Below, piece after piece: positions 8,962-17,883 of a DNA stretch of 64,000 nt. How positions within the stretch are numbered: position 1 is the first letter of the stretch; the number at the start of each line of letters is the position of its first letter. The translations under genes were made by a program, and so were the position numbers. Source of the stretch: an uncultured Bacilli bacterium (lineage in GTDB: Bacteria > Bacillota_I > Bacilli_A > RF39 > UBA660); assembly GCA_947626095.1 (NCBI GenBank), contig CANQQV010000007.1, positions 13,882-77,881 of the forward strand, in the 5' to 3' direction. Below the pieces are notes generated by a model. That model had not been told where the DNA came from. It ran no database searches and worked only from the letters and a program-made list of their open reading frames with translations.

Positions 8962-10746
8962 CTATAATCCACCACCTGCACCAAAAGAATCTAATTCCTC
9001 TTGTGTACATAGGACTCTAACTCTCATACGTCGACTACCACAAATGAATAAAGCTTCACCTTGGTTATAATATTTAATACTATCCATTTCACTTTCATTT
9101 AAGTCAATTAATAAACCTAAATCTTCAACCGCTTGTTTCTTTAAGTTCATTACTAAATAATACGAAGCATTATCAAATATTGCTTTACCATGAACAATTA
9201 AGTTTGGTGCCGCAAAATCAGTAGGTTGTTGTGTAATCAAAATAGTACCAGTATTATACTTACGAGCACGTCTTTGCATTTGGGCTAAGAACTCAGCACC
9301 TAATTCATTTCTCGTTGATAATAAAACGTGAGCTTCATCAACACATAAAACAGTTGTTGTTTCTTTATCAAGACATAATCCCCAAGCATACTTCAAAATA
9401 TTAAAGAACAATGCATTTCTAATATTTTCATCACTATTCATTAATTCTTTAATATTAAAAACAATTATATCACTATTGATATTTAAAGTTGTATGACCAC
9501 AGAAATAATATCTTAATTCCTTCGTTAATGGACGAACTTTTAATTCAAGTCTTTCCATAACATCTCTTTCACGTGTCTTATCAGGCATTGAAAGTAAACG
9601 ACCTTTAATTGTTGCATAAACATCATCAAATGTTGGAAAATCTTCTGATTTCAACGTTGCAAAATTAGTATCAAAGTCTATTTTATAACGTTTATATGTA
9701 TCTTGAACTACTTCACTAAACATTGTTAAAACATCTTCTTCAATACTTGGTGAATAATACTTCATAAACGCTTTTAATGATTGTAAAGCTCTAGTTAAAA
9801 CAGTATAACCTAAACCCTGGTCTAACTCATCTTGATCAGCATCTGGTACAACTTCAAGTGGATTTATCATACCATAATCTCCACCTTTACCTAAATCAAG
9901 GTAACTACCATTTACATTACGACACATTTCTTCAAGTTCACCCTCAGGGTCAACACAAATTACTTTATATCCGTTTCTAATATGACTTCTAATTAATAAC
10001 TTAGCCGCAGTTGATTTACCACTACCAGAAGTACCTAAAATAATCATATTAGCATTATTTCTATTATGTTCTTTTTTTATTTTAAATAAGAATTGATTAA
10101 ATAAGATAACACCACCAGAAAAATCAACACCCATTAAAGTTGAATCTCCTGGATCCTTAATACTATCAAAAACAAAAGGATACATTGCAGCTATTGTAAT
10201 AGAAGGTATTGGTGTTCCAATTCTATTTTCAATATCTTGTTTAGGGAATATTGGAATAATTGACTTAAGAACCTTCTCTTGTTCAAACATAAGAGGAATA
10301 GCCTTCATACCTAAAGCATCAACATAACTACGTACTTGCATTTTCTTCATTTCAAGTTCTTCTTCACTATCAGCTGTAATCATAATATGTAATTGAAAAT
10401 CAAAAATTCTTGCTTGTGTTGCTGCTAGCATTGAAATAAATCCTTCTAATGACTCATAATCTTGTCTAATTCTCTCTTGAATAGTTTGATCTCTCTCAGA
10501 TTGATAACGCATCTTCAAATCAGCTATCTCTTTATTAAGCATACTTTGTAAAGTTGAGAATTCAATTGGAATATGTTTAGCTACCAACTTAACTCCAGAT
10601 ATATAAGTTAAATCAGATAAATATCCAGGATTAATAAACTTAGGATAACTAATAACAGTCATTATTGTCGCATTCTTACCACTTATGATAAATTCCATTG
10701 GTTTAAATTGTAGCCCTTTAGGAGCTACTTCACTTTTTATATTCAT
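8962..10746 (-). CDS. virB4: VirB4-family T4SS ATPase, C-terminal (ATPase) part
   Basis: 594 aa. Walker A MIILGTSGSGKSTAAKLL, Walker B VLCVDEAHVLL, TGTILITQQPTD. Its start overlaps the stop of the preceding ORF (ATGA at 10743-10746). Confidence 0.85.
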   Translation of the reverse strand: MNIKSEVAPKGLQFKPMEFIISGKNATIMTVISYPKFINPGYLSDLTYISGVKLVAKHIPIEFSTLQSMLNKEIADLKMRYQSERDQTIQERIRQDYESLEGFISMLAATQARIFDFQLHIMITADSEEELEMKKMQVRSYVDALGMKAIPLMFEQEKVLKSIIPIFPKQDIENRIGTPIPSITIAAMYPFVFDSIKDPGDSTLMGVDFSGGVILFNQFLFKIKKEHNRNNANMIILGTSGSGKSTAAKLLIRSHIRNGYKVICVDPEGELEEMCRNVNGSYLDLGKGGDYGMINPLEVVPDADQDELDQGLGYTVLTRALQSLKAFMKYYSPSIEEDVLTMFSEVVQDTYKRYKIDFDTNFATLKSEDFPTFDDVYATIKGRLLSMPDKTRERDVMERLELKVRPLTKELRYYFCGHTTLNINSDIIVFNIKELMNSDENIRNALFFNILKYAWGLCLDKETTTVLCVDEAHVLLSTRNELGAEFLAQMQRRARKYNTGTILITQQPTDFAAPNLIVHGKAIFDNASYYLVMNLKKQAVEDLGLLIDLNESEMDSIKYYNQGEALFICGSRRMRVRVLCTQEELDSFGAGGGL

Positions 10747-11336
10747 TGTGTTCTCACCGTCCCAAAAGTCGTTGTCATACCACCATTTAAGAAATTATCT
10801 AAGATCATTCTTAAATCGGCATTTGAAACTTGAGTTGAATTAATGGAAGCATTAGCAAGTCCCGCAATTAAATTACGAATACGTTTTTGAATAATTTCCA
10901 TCCTTTTTTCTTTAAATAATATAAAATACTCAGTATCTACAACATTATATTCCGCCCCCATAAAGGCATTAGCTTTATTAATATCTTGGATAATAAGTTT
11001 TCTAATAGTTCCATCCCCACATTTTTGATATAAAAGTTGTAACTGTGATAAATACAAATTAATATCAACTGGACGATCTGCTACTACTAACCAAAACTCA
11101 TAATCAATCATATTATAAAAGTTTTGTAAATTGAAGATAACGTTTTCTCTTTCACCAGCATCCAAAATAAAGATATTTTTAGGTGCTACTTTAATTCCAG
11201 TAACATAATAACCATTATCTAACTGAATCATTCCATTCATTATATTCTTAATAGGAACCCAGTCTTCAGAATATTTACTAGAACCATCACTACTTGAATT
11301 GCTGTTTACTTGTTCTATCATCGCCATACCTTGCAC
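10743..11336 (-). CDS. VirB4-family N-terminal domain encoded as a separate ORF
   Basis: 197 aa. DWVPIKNIMNGMIQLDNGYYVTGIKVAP resembles the N-terminus of Gram-positive VirB4 homologues. 197+594 aa is about the usual single-chain VirB4 size. GTG start with GGAGAGG 5 nt upstream. Confidence 0.6.
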   Translation of the reverse strand: MQGMAMIEQVNSNSSSDGSSKYSEDWVPIKNIMNGMIQLDNGYYVTGIKVAPKNIFILDAGERENVIFNLQNFYNMIDYEFWLVVADRPVDINLYLSQLQLLYQKCGDGTIRKLIIQDINKANAFMGAEYNVVDTEYFILFKEKRMEIIQKRIRNLIAGLANASINSTQVSNADLRMILDNFLNGGMTTTFGTVRTQ

Positions 11337-11628
11337 ACCAACCTCTCCAATAATATTTTTTTCTTCCAGTATAAAATCTATATATATTACCCAATAATGT
11401 CATAACATTATGATAATTAGGTACCGGAGCAACCAAAAAGGATGCAAATAAGGCAGGTGCTAATAATGCAAACATAACACCTGTACTATTAGATTCTATT
11501 AATAATAGTAATAAAACTGTTATTCCAACTCCTGTTAAAAAGATTGCCAAATCAACAGGAGTGAAAAAACTAAGTATTAATTGTGACTTTTTTGAGTTAG
11601 CTGGAATCAAGAAATTATTTCCATTCAT
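11290..11628 (-). CDS. VirB3-like small membrane protein (TcpE/PrgI-like)
   Basis: 112 aa. Two central TM helices and a basic Y/W-rich tail (RKKYYWRGW). It sits immediately upstream of virB4, as VirB3/TcpE/PrgI normally does. Confidence 0.55.
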   Translation of the reverse strand: MNGNNFLIPANSKKSQLILSFFTPVDLAIFLTGVGITVLLLLLIESNSTGVMFALLAPALFASFLVAPVPNYHNVMTLLGNIYRFYTGRKKYYWRGWCARYGDDRTSKQQFK

Positions 11629-11649
11629 ATATCACACATTCCCTTCATT

Positions 11650-14478
11650 CTATGATTTTTTACTTTCCTTTTGCGCTCTTTCACGACTCTTAGCATTACG
11701 ATATGTATCAGAATCTCTGAAATTCTGTTCAGCAGTTTCTGCAGTAGTTTTCATCTTAGAAGCTCTAGATTCTGCTTTTTGTCCAGGAACAGTAGATCTC
11801 GAACTATCAACCTCAGTACCACTACTTGCTACATAGCTTCGGAAATCCTCTGCTGAAATATTAGAACGTTCGACTGTAGCTCCATTTTTAACAGTATATT
11901 TAACATCATCACCACTTGCATCAACCTCTACTGTACGACCGTTCTTTAATTCCAAAGTAAATCTTCCTACGCCTTTGTTCATTGTTGTAAAGTCTACAAC
12001 ACCACTAATAGCATTTGCTCCAAAGTTTTCAGTTATATAATCACCAAGTGATTGTTGACCATTAAATAATACATCACGATAAGTATCTAAATCTTGTTGA
12101 TGAGTTTCAAAGAACGCTTTTAAAGCTCTTGAAGTATCATTATCTATTCCAGATGAAGCTTCAACCAATTTTCTTGCAACAGCTTCCTTCTTAGCCGCTT
12201 TAAGATCATCATCAGCTTTTTTACGATCTGCTAATAATTCTTCTTGGGCTTTTGCATATTCAGCTGATCTAACATCTACAGAATAATCAGTACGTTTAAA
12301 TGTTGATTGACCTAAATCTTTCATTTTACTAGAAATTAATGTTTCTCTTCTTCTTGCATAATCAGCATCACTTTCACCAGCTAATCTAGCTAAAGCACCA
12401 GCAGCTGTAAGATCATTAGTAGCCTTTTCACGTAAAGCATTAGAATAAGCATAATCTGCTATATCTGTTCTTGCTAAGTCATCTATACGACGTTGTGCCT
12501 TATTAACATATTCATCTTTACCAACAATAGTATTTTCAAGTTGTGATTTAAGACCTGCCAAATCTTGGAAAAGCTTAACTTGTTTATCCATTTTAGACGT
12601 ATCAATTGTACCAGTCGCCCAAACTGTAGCTTTCTTATAAGCATTGTTTACAGCTGTACCAAGAGCTGTAGAAGAATCCATTCTAACACGAGCATCAGTT
12701 AAAGCATTAGCAGCTGCTTCTAATGCCGCATCAGCTGCAACTTTTTGTGCTTGCGTAGCAGAAGGATCATGTGCTAATCTATTAACTTCTTCTTGTGCAG
12801 CTTCATAAGCAGCTCTCGCTCTATTATAAGCCGTTACATCAGAAGCATGTTGTTCTTTACGTTCATCTCTATCTACACCACGTTGGAAAGCTGCTTCATT
12901 AGCTGTACCTGCAACTCTTGTAGCTTCAGCATGGGTATTTGCCATCTTATGACCTTCACCAGGTCCAAATTGTTGCCAAGAACTACGTGCCATTGCTGAA
13001 GCACCTCCAGCAAACGCAGAACCCAATCTTTTAAATGCTCCTTGACCTTTATCTTTACCTTTATTCCAGTTTTGAACAGCAGTTTGTAAACCAGATCTTG
13101 CAACTGCTTCAGCTGCAAATCCTCCACCTTTTGCAAATTTCTCACCAATACCAAGTTTCATATCACCTTTCTTTATTCCTAAAGAACTAGTAATAAAATC
13201 TGGTGCACTTCTTGCAAAAGCAACTAAACCTAAAATAAGTAAAGCTAAAGCTAACATCGTTTCAATTCCTGATAAATTTTGATTGCCCCATAAAGCATCA
13301 ACTGACGAGAACATCTCCGTTAAATGACAAATTATATAAACGACAATATAAACTACTGAAATTCTAACAAAAACCTCCATAAAAGTCGAAACAACCGATT
13401 TTAAATACTGACTAAAATTTGATTTAAATGAAGGTAATACCTGCATAATGAGCGGCACTGGCGCAATAATCTGATAATAAGCTAACTTAGCTGCTCTAAT
13501 ACCCATATCAATACTAAATGATATAAAAGCATATAAAGTAAAAGCACCAGCTATAGTTGATAAACCAAATAAATAAGTTATATCCCCATCATCAACATAG
13601 TTATCGAGGAATACTGTAAATACCCCAAATGATCCCCCACCAGCAGCATACGCATAAGCTTCAGATAAAGTTATCGAATCACCATTAGTAATATTACTAA
13701 CTTTTGAGGCAGTCATACCATCTACAACACTTGTAATACATGAATAAATAGCGGCTGCACCTAATAAAACACTAGCAATTTGTCCAATAACTGGTACACC
13801 ATTAACAGCAACAGCCCCAGCTGCTAAACCAGCACAAGCACCTAAATAAGCCGCACTACTTAAGAAATAATCCTTAGGATCAGCCTCTATTTCATCAGCC
13901 GTCTTACCACTATCCTCAGATGGAAAGAAAAATGCTTGCCATAAACTAACCGCAGTAACACCGCCACCTATATGTTTAATTTGTTCATCAACATTAACAT
14001 TTTGTTCAATCGGAATCGATGAATCACCAACATCAACACTCGACTGTCCCATGTTAATTTCCAAATCACTATTACCTCTAAAAAAGATTTTCGCTAAAAC
14101 ATCATGTTCCAAGAATAAACTTTGTCCTTGATACATAACATTAAAAATAACAGGAGCTAAAGCTAACCCAACAACAGCTATAACAATTCTCTTAACTATT
14201 TGAGGACCAAGCTCATTTTTCATTGATTGATCAGGATCAATAATCGCTCTTAATATGGCATAAGCCAAAACAAAAAGCATTACAACCCCAACAATGGCAT
14301 AAACCTTATTAGCTATATCAGTATAAGCATCAGAAGATAATAATCTTGCTCCAGAAATAGCCATAAATATCCTAAAAACAGGAGCTATATTACCATAAAT
14401 AACCATTGAATCTAAAAGTAAAATAATACCTACAAATCCACTAGTAAGAACAGATGTTAATTTAAATAAAACATGCAT
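11650..14478 (-). CDS. VirB6/TcpH-like polytopic T4SS channel protein with a long Ala-rich coiled-coil tail
   Basis: About 942 aa. The N-terminal ~470 aa has many TM helices; the C-terminal ~470 aa is hydrophilic, Ala/Lys/Asp-rich and helical. The position between VirB2-like and VirB3/4 genes fits. RBS AGAGGTGA lies before the ATG at 14478. Confidence 0.6.
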   Translation of the reverse strand: MHVLFKLTSVLTSGFVGIILLLDSMVIYGNIAPVFRIFMAISGARLLSSDAYTDIANKVYAIVGVVMLFVLAYAILRAIIDPDQSMKNELGPQIVKRIVIAVVGLALAPVIFNVMYQGQSLFLEHDVLAKIFFRGNSDLEINMGQSSVDVGDSSIPIEQNVNVDEQIKHIGGGVTAVSLWQAFFFPSEDSGKTADEIEADPKDYFLSSAAYLGACAGLAAGAVAVNGVPVIGQIASVLLGAAAIYSCITSVVDGMTASKVSNITNGDSITLSEAYAYAAGGGSFGVFTVFLDNYVDDGDITYLFGLSTIAGAFTLYAFISFSIDMGIRAAKLAYYQIIAPVPLIMQVLPSFKSNFSQYLKSVVSTFMEVFVRISVVYIVVYIICHLTEMFSSVDALWGNQNLSGIETMLALALLILGLVAFARSAPDFITSSLGIKKGDMKLGIGEKFAKGGGFAAEAVARSGLQTAVQNWNKGKDKGQGAFKRLGSAFAGGASAMARSSWQQFGPGEGHKMANTHAEATRVAGTANEAAFQRGVDRDERKEQHASDVTAYNRARAAYEAAQEEVNRLAHDPSATQAQKVAADAALEAAANALTDARVRMDSSTALGTAVNNAYKKATVWATGTIDTSKMDKQVKLFQDLAGLKSQLENTIVGKDEYVNKAQRRIDDLARTDIADYAYSNALREKATNDLTAAGALARLAGESDADYARRRETLISSKMKDLGQSTFKRTDYSVDVRSAEYAKAQEELLADRKKADDDLKAAKKEAVARKLVEASSGIDNDTSRALKAFFETHQQDLDTYRDVLFNGQQSLGDYITENFGANAISGVVDFTTMNKGVGRFTLELKNGRTVEVDASGDDVKYTVKNGATVERSNISAEDFRSYVASSGTEVDSSRSTVPGQKAESRASKMKTTAETAEQNFRDSDTYRNAKSRERAQKESKKS

Positions 14479-14489
14479 TAAAATCACCT

Positions 14490-14879
14490 CTAACTAATAC
14501 CACACGTACCATACCAACCTAATAGACCAAACAAGAAGTTTATTAAATCAGGAATAAAGAAAAGGATTATCGCATAAACAATTCTCTTACCTGTCATCTT
14601 AGCCGCTTTAGCTAAAGCTTCTTTATCTTGACTAGCCGTTGCCTTTACAAAATCAGCAATAGACATTGCTAAACACAATAATGGTGCAGCATATTTAAAC
14701 ACATTAAACATTTGTTGCAAAAAATCAATTACTTCTTTATCAAAAACGCCACCACAATCATCACTATCAGCCAAACTATAAGTAACTTCATAAGAATTAT
14801 CTAGTGCTTTTACCTCACTAGTAACTAAAAATAATCCCCCAATTAATACTAAAATAATCAAAAATAATTTTCTATGCAT
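14490..14879 (-). CDS. VirB2/TrbC-like pilin-type mini-protein (paralogue 2)
   Basis: About 129 aa. Signal peptide (..SEVKA/LD), then two TM helices separated by a basic loop (ATASQDKEALAKAAKMTGKR). Paralogous to the 14965-15285 product. RBS GAGGTG. Confidence 0.5.
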   Translation of the reverse strand: MHRKLFLIILVLIGGLFLVTSEVKALDNSYEVTYSLADSDDCGGVFDKEVIDFLQQMFNVFKYAAPLLCLAMSIADFVKATASQDKEALAKAAKMTGKRIVYAIILFFIPDLINFLFGLLGWYGTCGIS

Positions 14880-14902
14880 AGAAAACACCTCATATCATAG
14901 AA

Positions 14903-14911
14903 ATTATACCA
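14903..14911 (-). promoter_or_regulatory. Extended -10 element (TGGTATAAT) for the T4SS operon
   Basis: Minus-strand TGgTATAAT lies about 25 nt upstream of the ATG at 14879, directly after a terminator hairpin. Confidence 0.4.
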
Positions 14912-14912
14912 T

Positions 14913-14940
14913 AAAAAAAATGATATTAAAACAAATATCA
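14913..14940 (-). terminator. Putative intrinsic terminator after VirB2-like paralogue 1
   Basis: Minus strand reads TGATATT-tgtttt-AATATCA followed by TTTTTTTT. The stem is AT-rich. Confidence 0.4.
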
Positions 14941-14964
14941 CTTTATTTATACTATTTTTGTTAA

Positions 14965-15285
14965 TTAGCAATTTCCTGAATTCTTAACACAACTAGCACA
15001 TACATCATAGTCGCCACCTGCTGAATCTACTAAACTAAATACTAGTCCAACTAATGTTGGTACAAACCAAATAGCGATACCAGCAACAGCTCTCATAGCT
15101 AATTGTTTCATTGCTTTTTTAATTTCATCATCTTTAGAAGCAACAACTGCTTTACCTAAATCTATACAACCAAATATTATAATTAATAGTGGAATAACAA
15201 TTTTAAATACTCCTAATATTTTTCCTACAACAACCCAAATATCTTTTGTTTGAGCACAAAAATTAACAGCTGCTAATATATCCAT
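14965..15285 (-). CDS. VirB2/TrbC-like pilin-type mini-protein (paralogue 1), monocistronic
   Basis: About 106 aa from the ATG at 15285 (AAGGAG 9 nt upstream). Two TM helices with basic loop KAVVASKDDEIKKAMKQLAMR and a Cys-rich C-terminus (CASCVKNSGNC). It has its own promoter and terminator. Confidence 0.5.
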   Translation of the reverse strand: MDILAAVNFCAQTKDIWVVVGKILGVFKIVIPLLIIIFGCIDLGKAVVASKDDEIKKAMKQLAMRAVAGIAIWFVPTLVGLVFSLVDSAGGDYDVCASCVKNSGNC

Positions 15286-15313
15286 ATAAAACATCTCCTT
15301 CATTTCTAATATA

Positions 15314-15342
15314 ATTGTATTTAAATTTACAAAATATGTCAA
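15314..15342 (-). promoter_or_regulatory. Sigma-A type promoter TTGACA-17-TACAAT for VirB2-like paralogue 1
   Basis: Read on the minus strand: TTGACA tattttgtaaatttaaa TACAAT. It lies between the TadZ-like stop codon (15352) and the AAGGAG RBS. Confidence 0.6.
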
Positions 15343-15351
15343 GTTTTTCTT

Positions 15352-16437
15352 TTATTCTTTGACAATTCCAAATAACCTTGCTGACTTATTTCCTTCACTA
15401 GCAGGTCTATTTTTATCAAATCCCAATTTATTCAAAAGTTCATCTAAAACACGATGTTTATCCTTTTTATCATCTAAAGGACAAATATTATGGAAAACAC
15501 TACATCTAGCTTCTGCTTCAAAATCTCTAATATCATTAGAATCCAACAAGCTCTTATTTAAGATAACCTTTGTTCCTTTAATCTTATCTAAGATATTACG
15601 ATCTCTTCTTACCATTTTATTTAACATCAAAGTTGATGGTTCAATTAAATATAGCATTTCCGTACAATTTGCAGCTTCAGCACTATCATTAACATCAATC
15701 AATATAACATTATAATTATTTACTGGATTCTTAATAATTGAACTTAAATCCTTACTACTAACACTCTTTAGTTCAGGATCATTAAAAAATAAGAAATCAT
15801 TTTTATCCAATTCTAAACCCAACACTGAATAATTTTCTGATAATTGTTTTTTCAACATATAAATTAAAGTCGTAGCTCCAGCATGATCAGTTAAATCTTT
15901 AATTCCAATAATTCTTGTTCCACCAATACTTGGCATTGCAATAGAAGAATTAATAAATGATCTTTCATTAGCTGCCCCTCTACTACCATTAAATCCACCA
16001 CCCATCATTCCTCCTTGCGGAGCTTGATTAGGCATTCCTCCACCATTATTACCAATAATATGGAATTGAGCTACATCTTTATACGTATTTGGATTATCAA
16101 TCAAATACGTTATAGCATCAATATTTCTTGTAAAGTTATAAATTCCCATTGATACCAACTCAGAAAGGTATTGTGGTGAATTTACAACTGGTGAATCATC
16201 TAATAGTAAAATAATCTTTGACATATCCATACCAAAAGAAAGTCTTTGAATCTGTGATATGTCTTGATATCCTGCTATAGCTGTAATATCCAATATCATT
16301 TTATTAAAGAAAAAGTTATCAAATTGTGCTACTAAATCATCAACTTGAAATTCACCATCAATAGTCTTAATCAAATCTATTTTATTACTTAAACTTGATA
16401 ACATTGCTGAATATTTATTAGCAACTATAACATTCAT
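15352..16437 (-). CDS. TadZ/CpaE-like protein (pseudo-receiver + degenerate ParA/MinD-like domain)
   Basis: 361 aa. The N-terminal ~110 aa has a CheY-like layout (KIILLLDD). The C-terminal domain RIIGIKDLTDHAGATTLIYMLKKQL resembles the deviant Walker A of CpaE/TadZ (KGGxGxTT) but lacks the Lys and Gly residues. Confidence 0.5.
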   Translation of the reverse strand: MNVIVANKYSAMLSSLSNKIDLIKTIDGEFQVDDLVAQFDNFFFNKMILDITAIAGYQDISQIQRLSFGMDMSKIILLLDDSPVVNSPQYLSELVSMGIYNFTRNIDAITYLIDNPNTYKDVAQFHIIGNNGGGMPNQAPQGGMMGGGFNGSRGAANERSFINSSIAMPSIGGTRIIGIKDLTDHAGATTLIYMLKKQLSENYSVLGLELDKNDFLFFNDPELKSVSSKDLSSIIKNPVNNYNVILIDVNDSAEAANCTEMLYLIEPSTLMLNKMVRRDRNILDKIKGTKVILNKSLLDSNDIRDFEAEARCSVFHNICPLDDKKDKHRVLDELLNKLGFDKNRPASEGNKSARLFGIVKE

Positions 16438-16465
16438 TGTATGTCAACTCCCTTTATTCTAAAAA

Positions 16466-17062
16466 TCAACTAACATAATCTTCTGCTGTTATGCCTTCCC
16501 CTTCATCTTGAGGGTCATATATTTCATCAGAAGTTCCATCTACTTTTACTGATAAGAATTCCTCTAAAACAGGAACTTCAAATTTATAAAATAATCTAAC
16601 TTTATAATACACTGCCTTATATCTGCCTGTTTGAGTATTGGCATTATACTTTGCAAAACAATAATAATATTTTTTACTAGAATCAGCAGGTTCAAATTCA
16701 GAAGCAGGACCACTTCCACTACGAAGTTCAGAAACTCCATACCAATTACCTGAAATATCTCCTGCAGTATGAGGACAATAACCCATAGCGTCATAATTAT
16801 TTCCCATTAAATAAAGATTAATAGTTTCAATAGTATTAACATTTATCTTAATTGCTGAACCATTTATTAATGATGTACCATCATGAGTTCCTGGACTTAC
16901 AGATTTTGTAACTCCTTTATGCTTTTCAATAATCGTTAAAACTTCATTTTTTATTTTAAAAGACTTTGAGTAATTAATATTAATAATGATATAAGCTGAA
17001 AATAAAGCAATAAAAACTACTATTAAACCTAAAAGCCAAATATTTACAATTCCATTTTTCAT
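16466..17062 (-). CDS. TadE/TadF-like pseudopilin
   Basis: 198 aa. A short N-terminus then a hydrophobic helix (MKNGIVNIWLLGLIVVFIALFSAYII), followed by a Cys-containing globular domain. Paralogous in layout to the 17063-17608 product. Confidence 0.5.
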   Translation of the reverse strand: MKNGIVNIWLLGLIVVFIALFSAYIIININYSKSFKIKNEVLTIIEKHKGVTKSVSPGTHDGTSLINGSAIKINVNTIETINLYLMGNNYDAMGYCPHTAGDISGNWYGVSELRSGSGPASEFEPADSSKKYYYCFAKYNANTQTGRYKAVYYKVRLFYKFEVPVLEEFLSVKVDGTSDEIYDPQDEGEGITAEDYVS

Positions 17063-17608
17063 CTAACTACCACCATAACATCTATCATTGATTTCATCGA
17101 AATCATTTACTAAATAAATAATTGAAGTTTCTCCTGAAATATTTATTTTAAACATACTTCTTAAGATTGGCCAATCCAATCTAAAGAAAACAACCGCCCC
17201 ATAATACGCAGATTCAGGATGCCCTACTGGTCCAGTCGTATAAATAACTGGGTCTTCGTCACCAGTACTTGAACTACGAGACGTAATCATATACTTAGTA
17301 ATACAATAATTAGCATCACCAGACCATCTAGGTTGTGGTGTTATATCACTTAATTTAAAATGAGCCCAACAATTACCATCTTCAGGACATTTACCGACTG
17401 AAGAATAACCAATACCTTTTAAATATTCATTAATTTTAGTAATCGAATCATTATTAATTCCGTGTGCTCTTTCAATTGTAATTAATATTTCATCTTTAAT
17501 TTTATAACATCTTGAATAATTCGTTGAAACACTAACAAAAGTTGTAAATAACGCTAAAAAAGATATTACTAAAACAAAAATCCATGTTCCTCCTATAGCT
17601 TCTTTCAA
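17063..17608 (-). CDS. TadE/TadF-like pseudopilin (TTG start)
   Basis: 181 aa. MKEAIGGTWIFVLVISFLALFTTFV shares the MKEA-G leader with the two pilins. TTG start with AGGTG 6 nt upstream. Its stop abuts the next start (TAGATG). Confidence 0.5.
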   Translation of the reverse strand: MKEAIGGTWIFVLVISFLALFTTFVSVSTNYSRCYKIKDEILITIERAHGINNDSITKINEYLKGIGYSSVGKCPEDGNCWAHFKLSDITPQPRWSGDANYCITKYMITSRSSSTGDEDPVIYTTGPVGHPESAYYGAVVFFRLDWPILRSMFKINISGETSIIYLVNDFDEINDRCYGGS

Positions 17609-17617
17609 TGTTTACAC

Positions 17618-17854
17618 CTACCCTCTAAATGGGCACATAAAGACTTCGTCAGACCCATCATTTGGATTTTTACAATATGCCATTAAAGTATTTGGATCAT
17701 ATCCATTATCGCACATTGCATTAGCGCAAGTTGCTCTATCTTGCATACCATCTTTAATTATAGGCCAAATAAACATAAAGAAAAAAGCCGTAAGCAAAGC
17801 AACGGCTGAAACGACAATTACAGAACCAGTTAATTCACCTGTAGCTTCTTTCAT
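17618..17854 (-). CDS. Short Flp-like pilin (P2)
   Basis: 78 aa. MKEATGELTGSVIVVSAVALLTAFFFMFIW then a 45-aa head with 4 Cys. RBS GAGGTGA. Confidence 0.55.
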   Translation of the reverse strand: MKEATGELTGSVIVVSAVALLTAFFFMFIWPIIKDGMQDRATCANAMCDNGYDPNTLMAYCKNPNDGSDEVFMCPFRG

Positions 17855-17883
17855 TTCTAATCACCTCAATAATAATTCAAAAA

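Noticed and set aside
11561-13154. Short ORFs 11561-11836, 11671-11856, 12793-12999 and 12873-13154 overlapping the VirB6-like gene
   Set aside because: All are embedded in, or antisense to, the 945-aa ORF's Ala-rich region, where stop codons are rare in several frames. There are no RBSs and no recognisable features.
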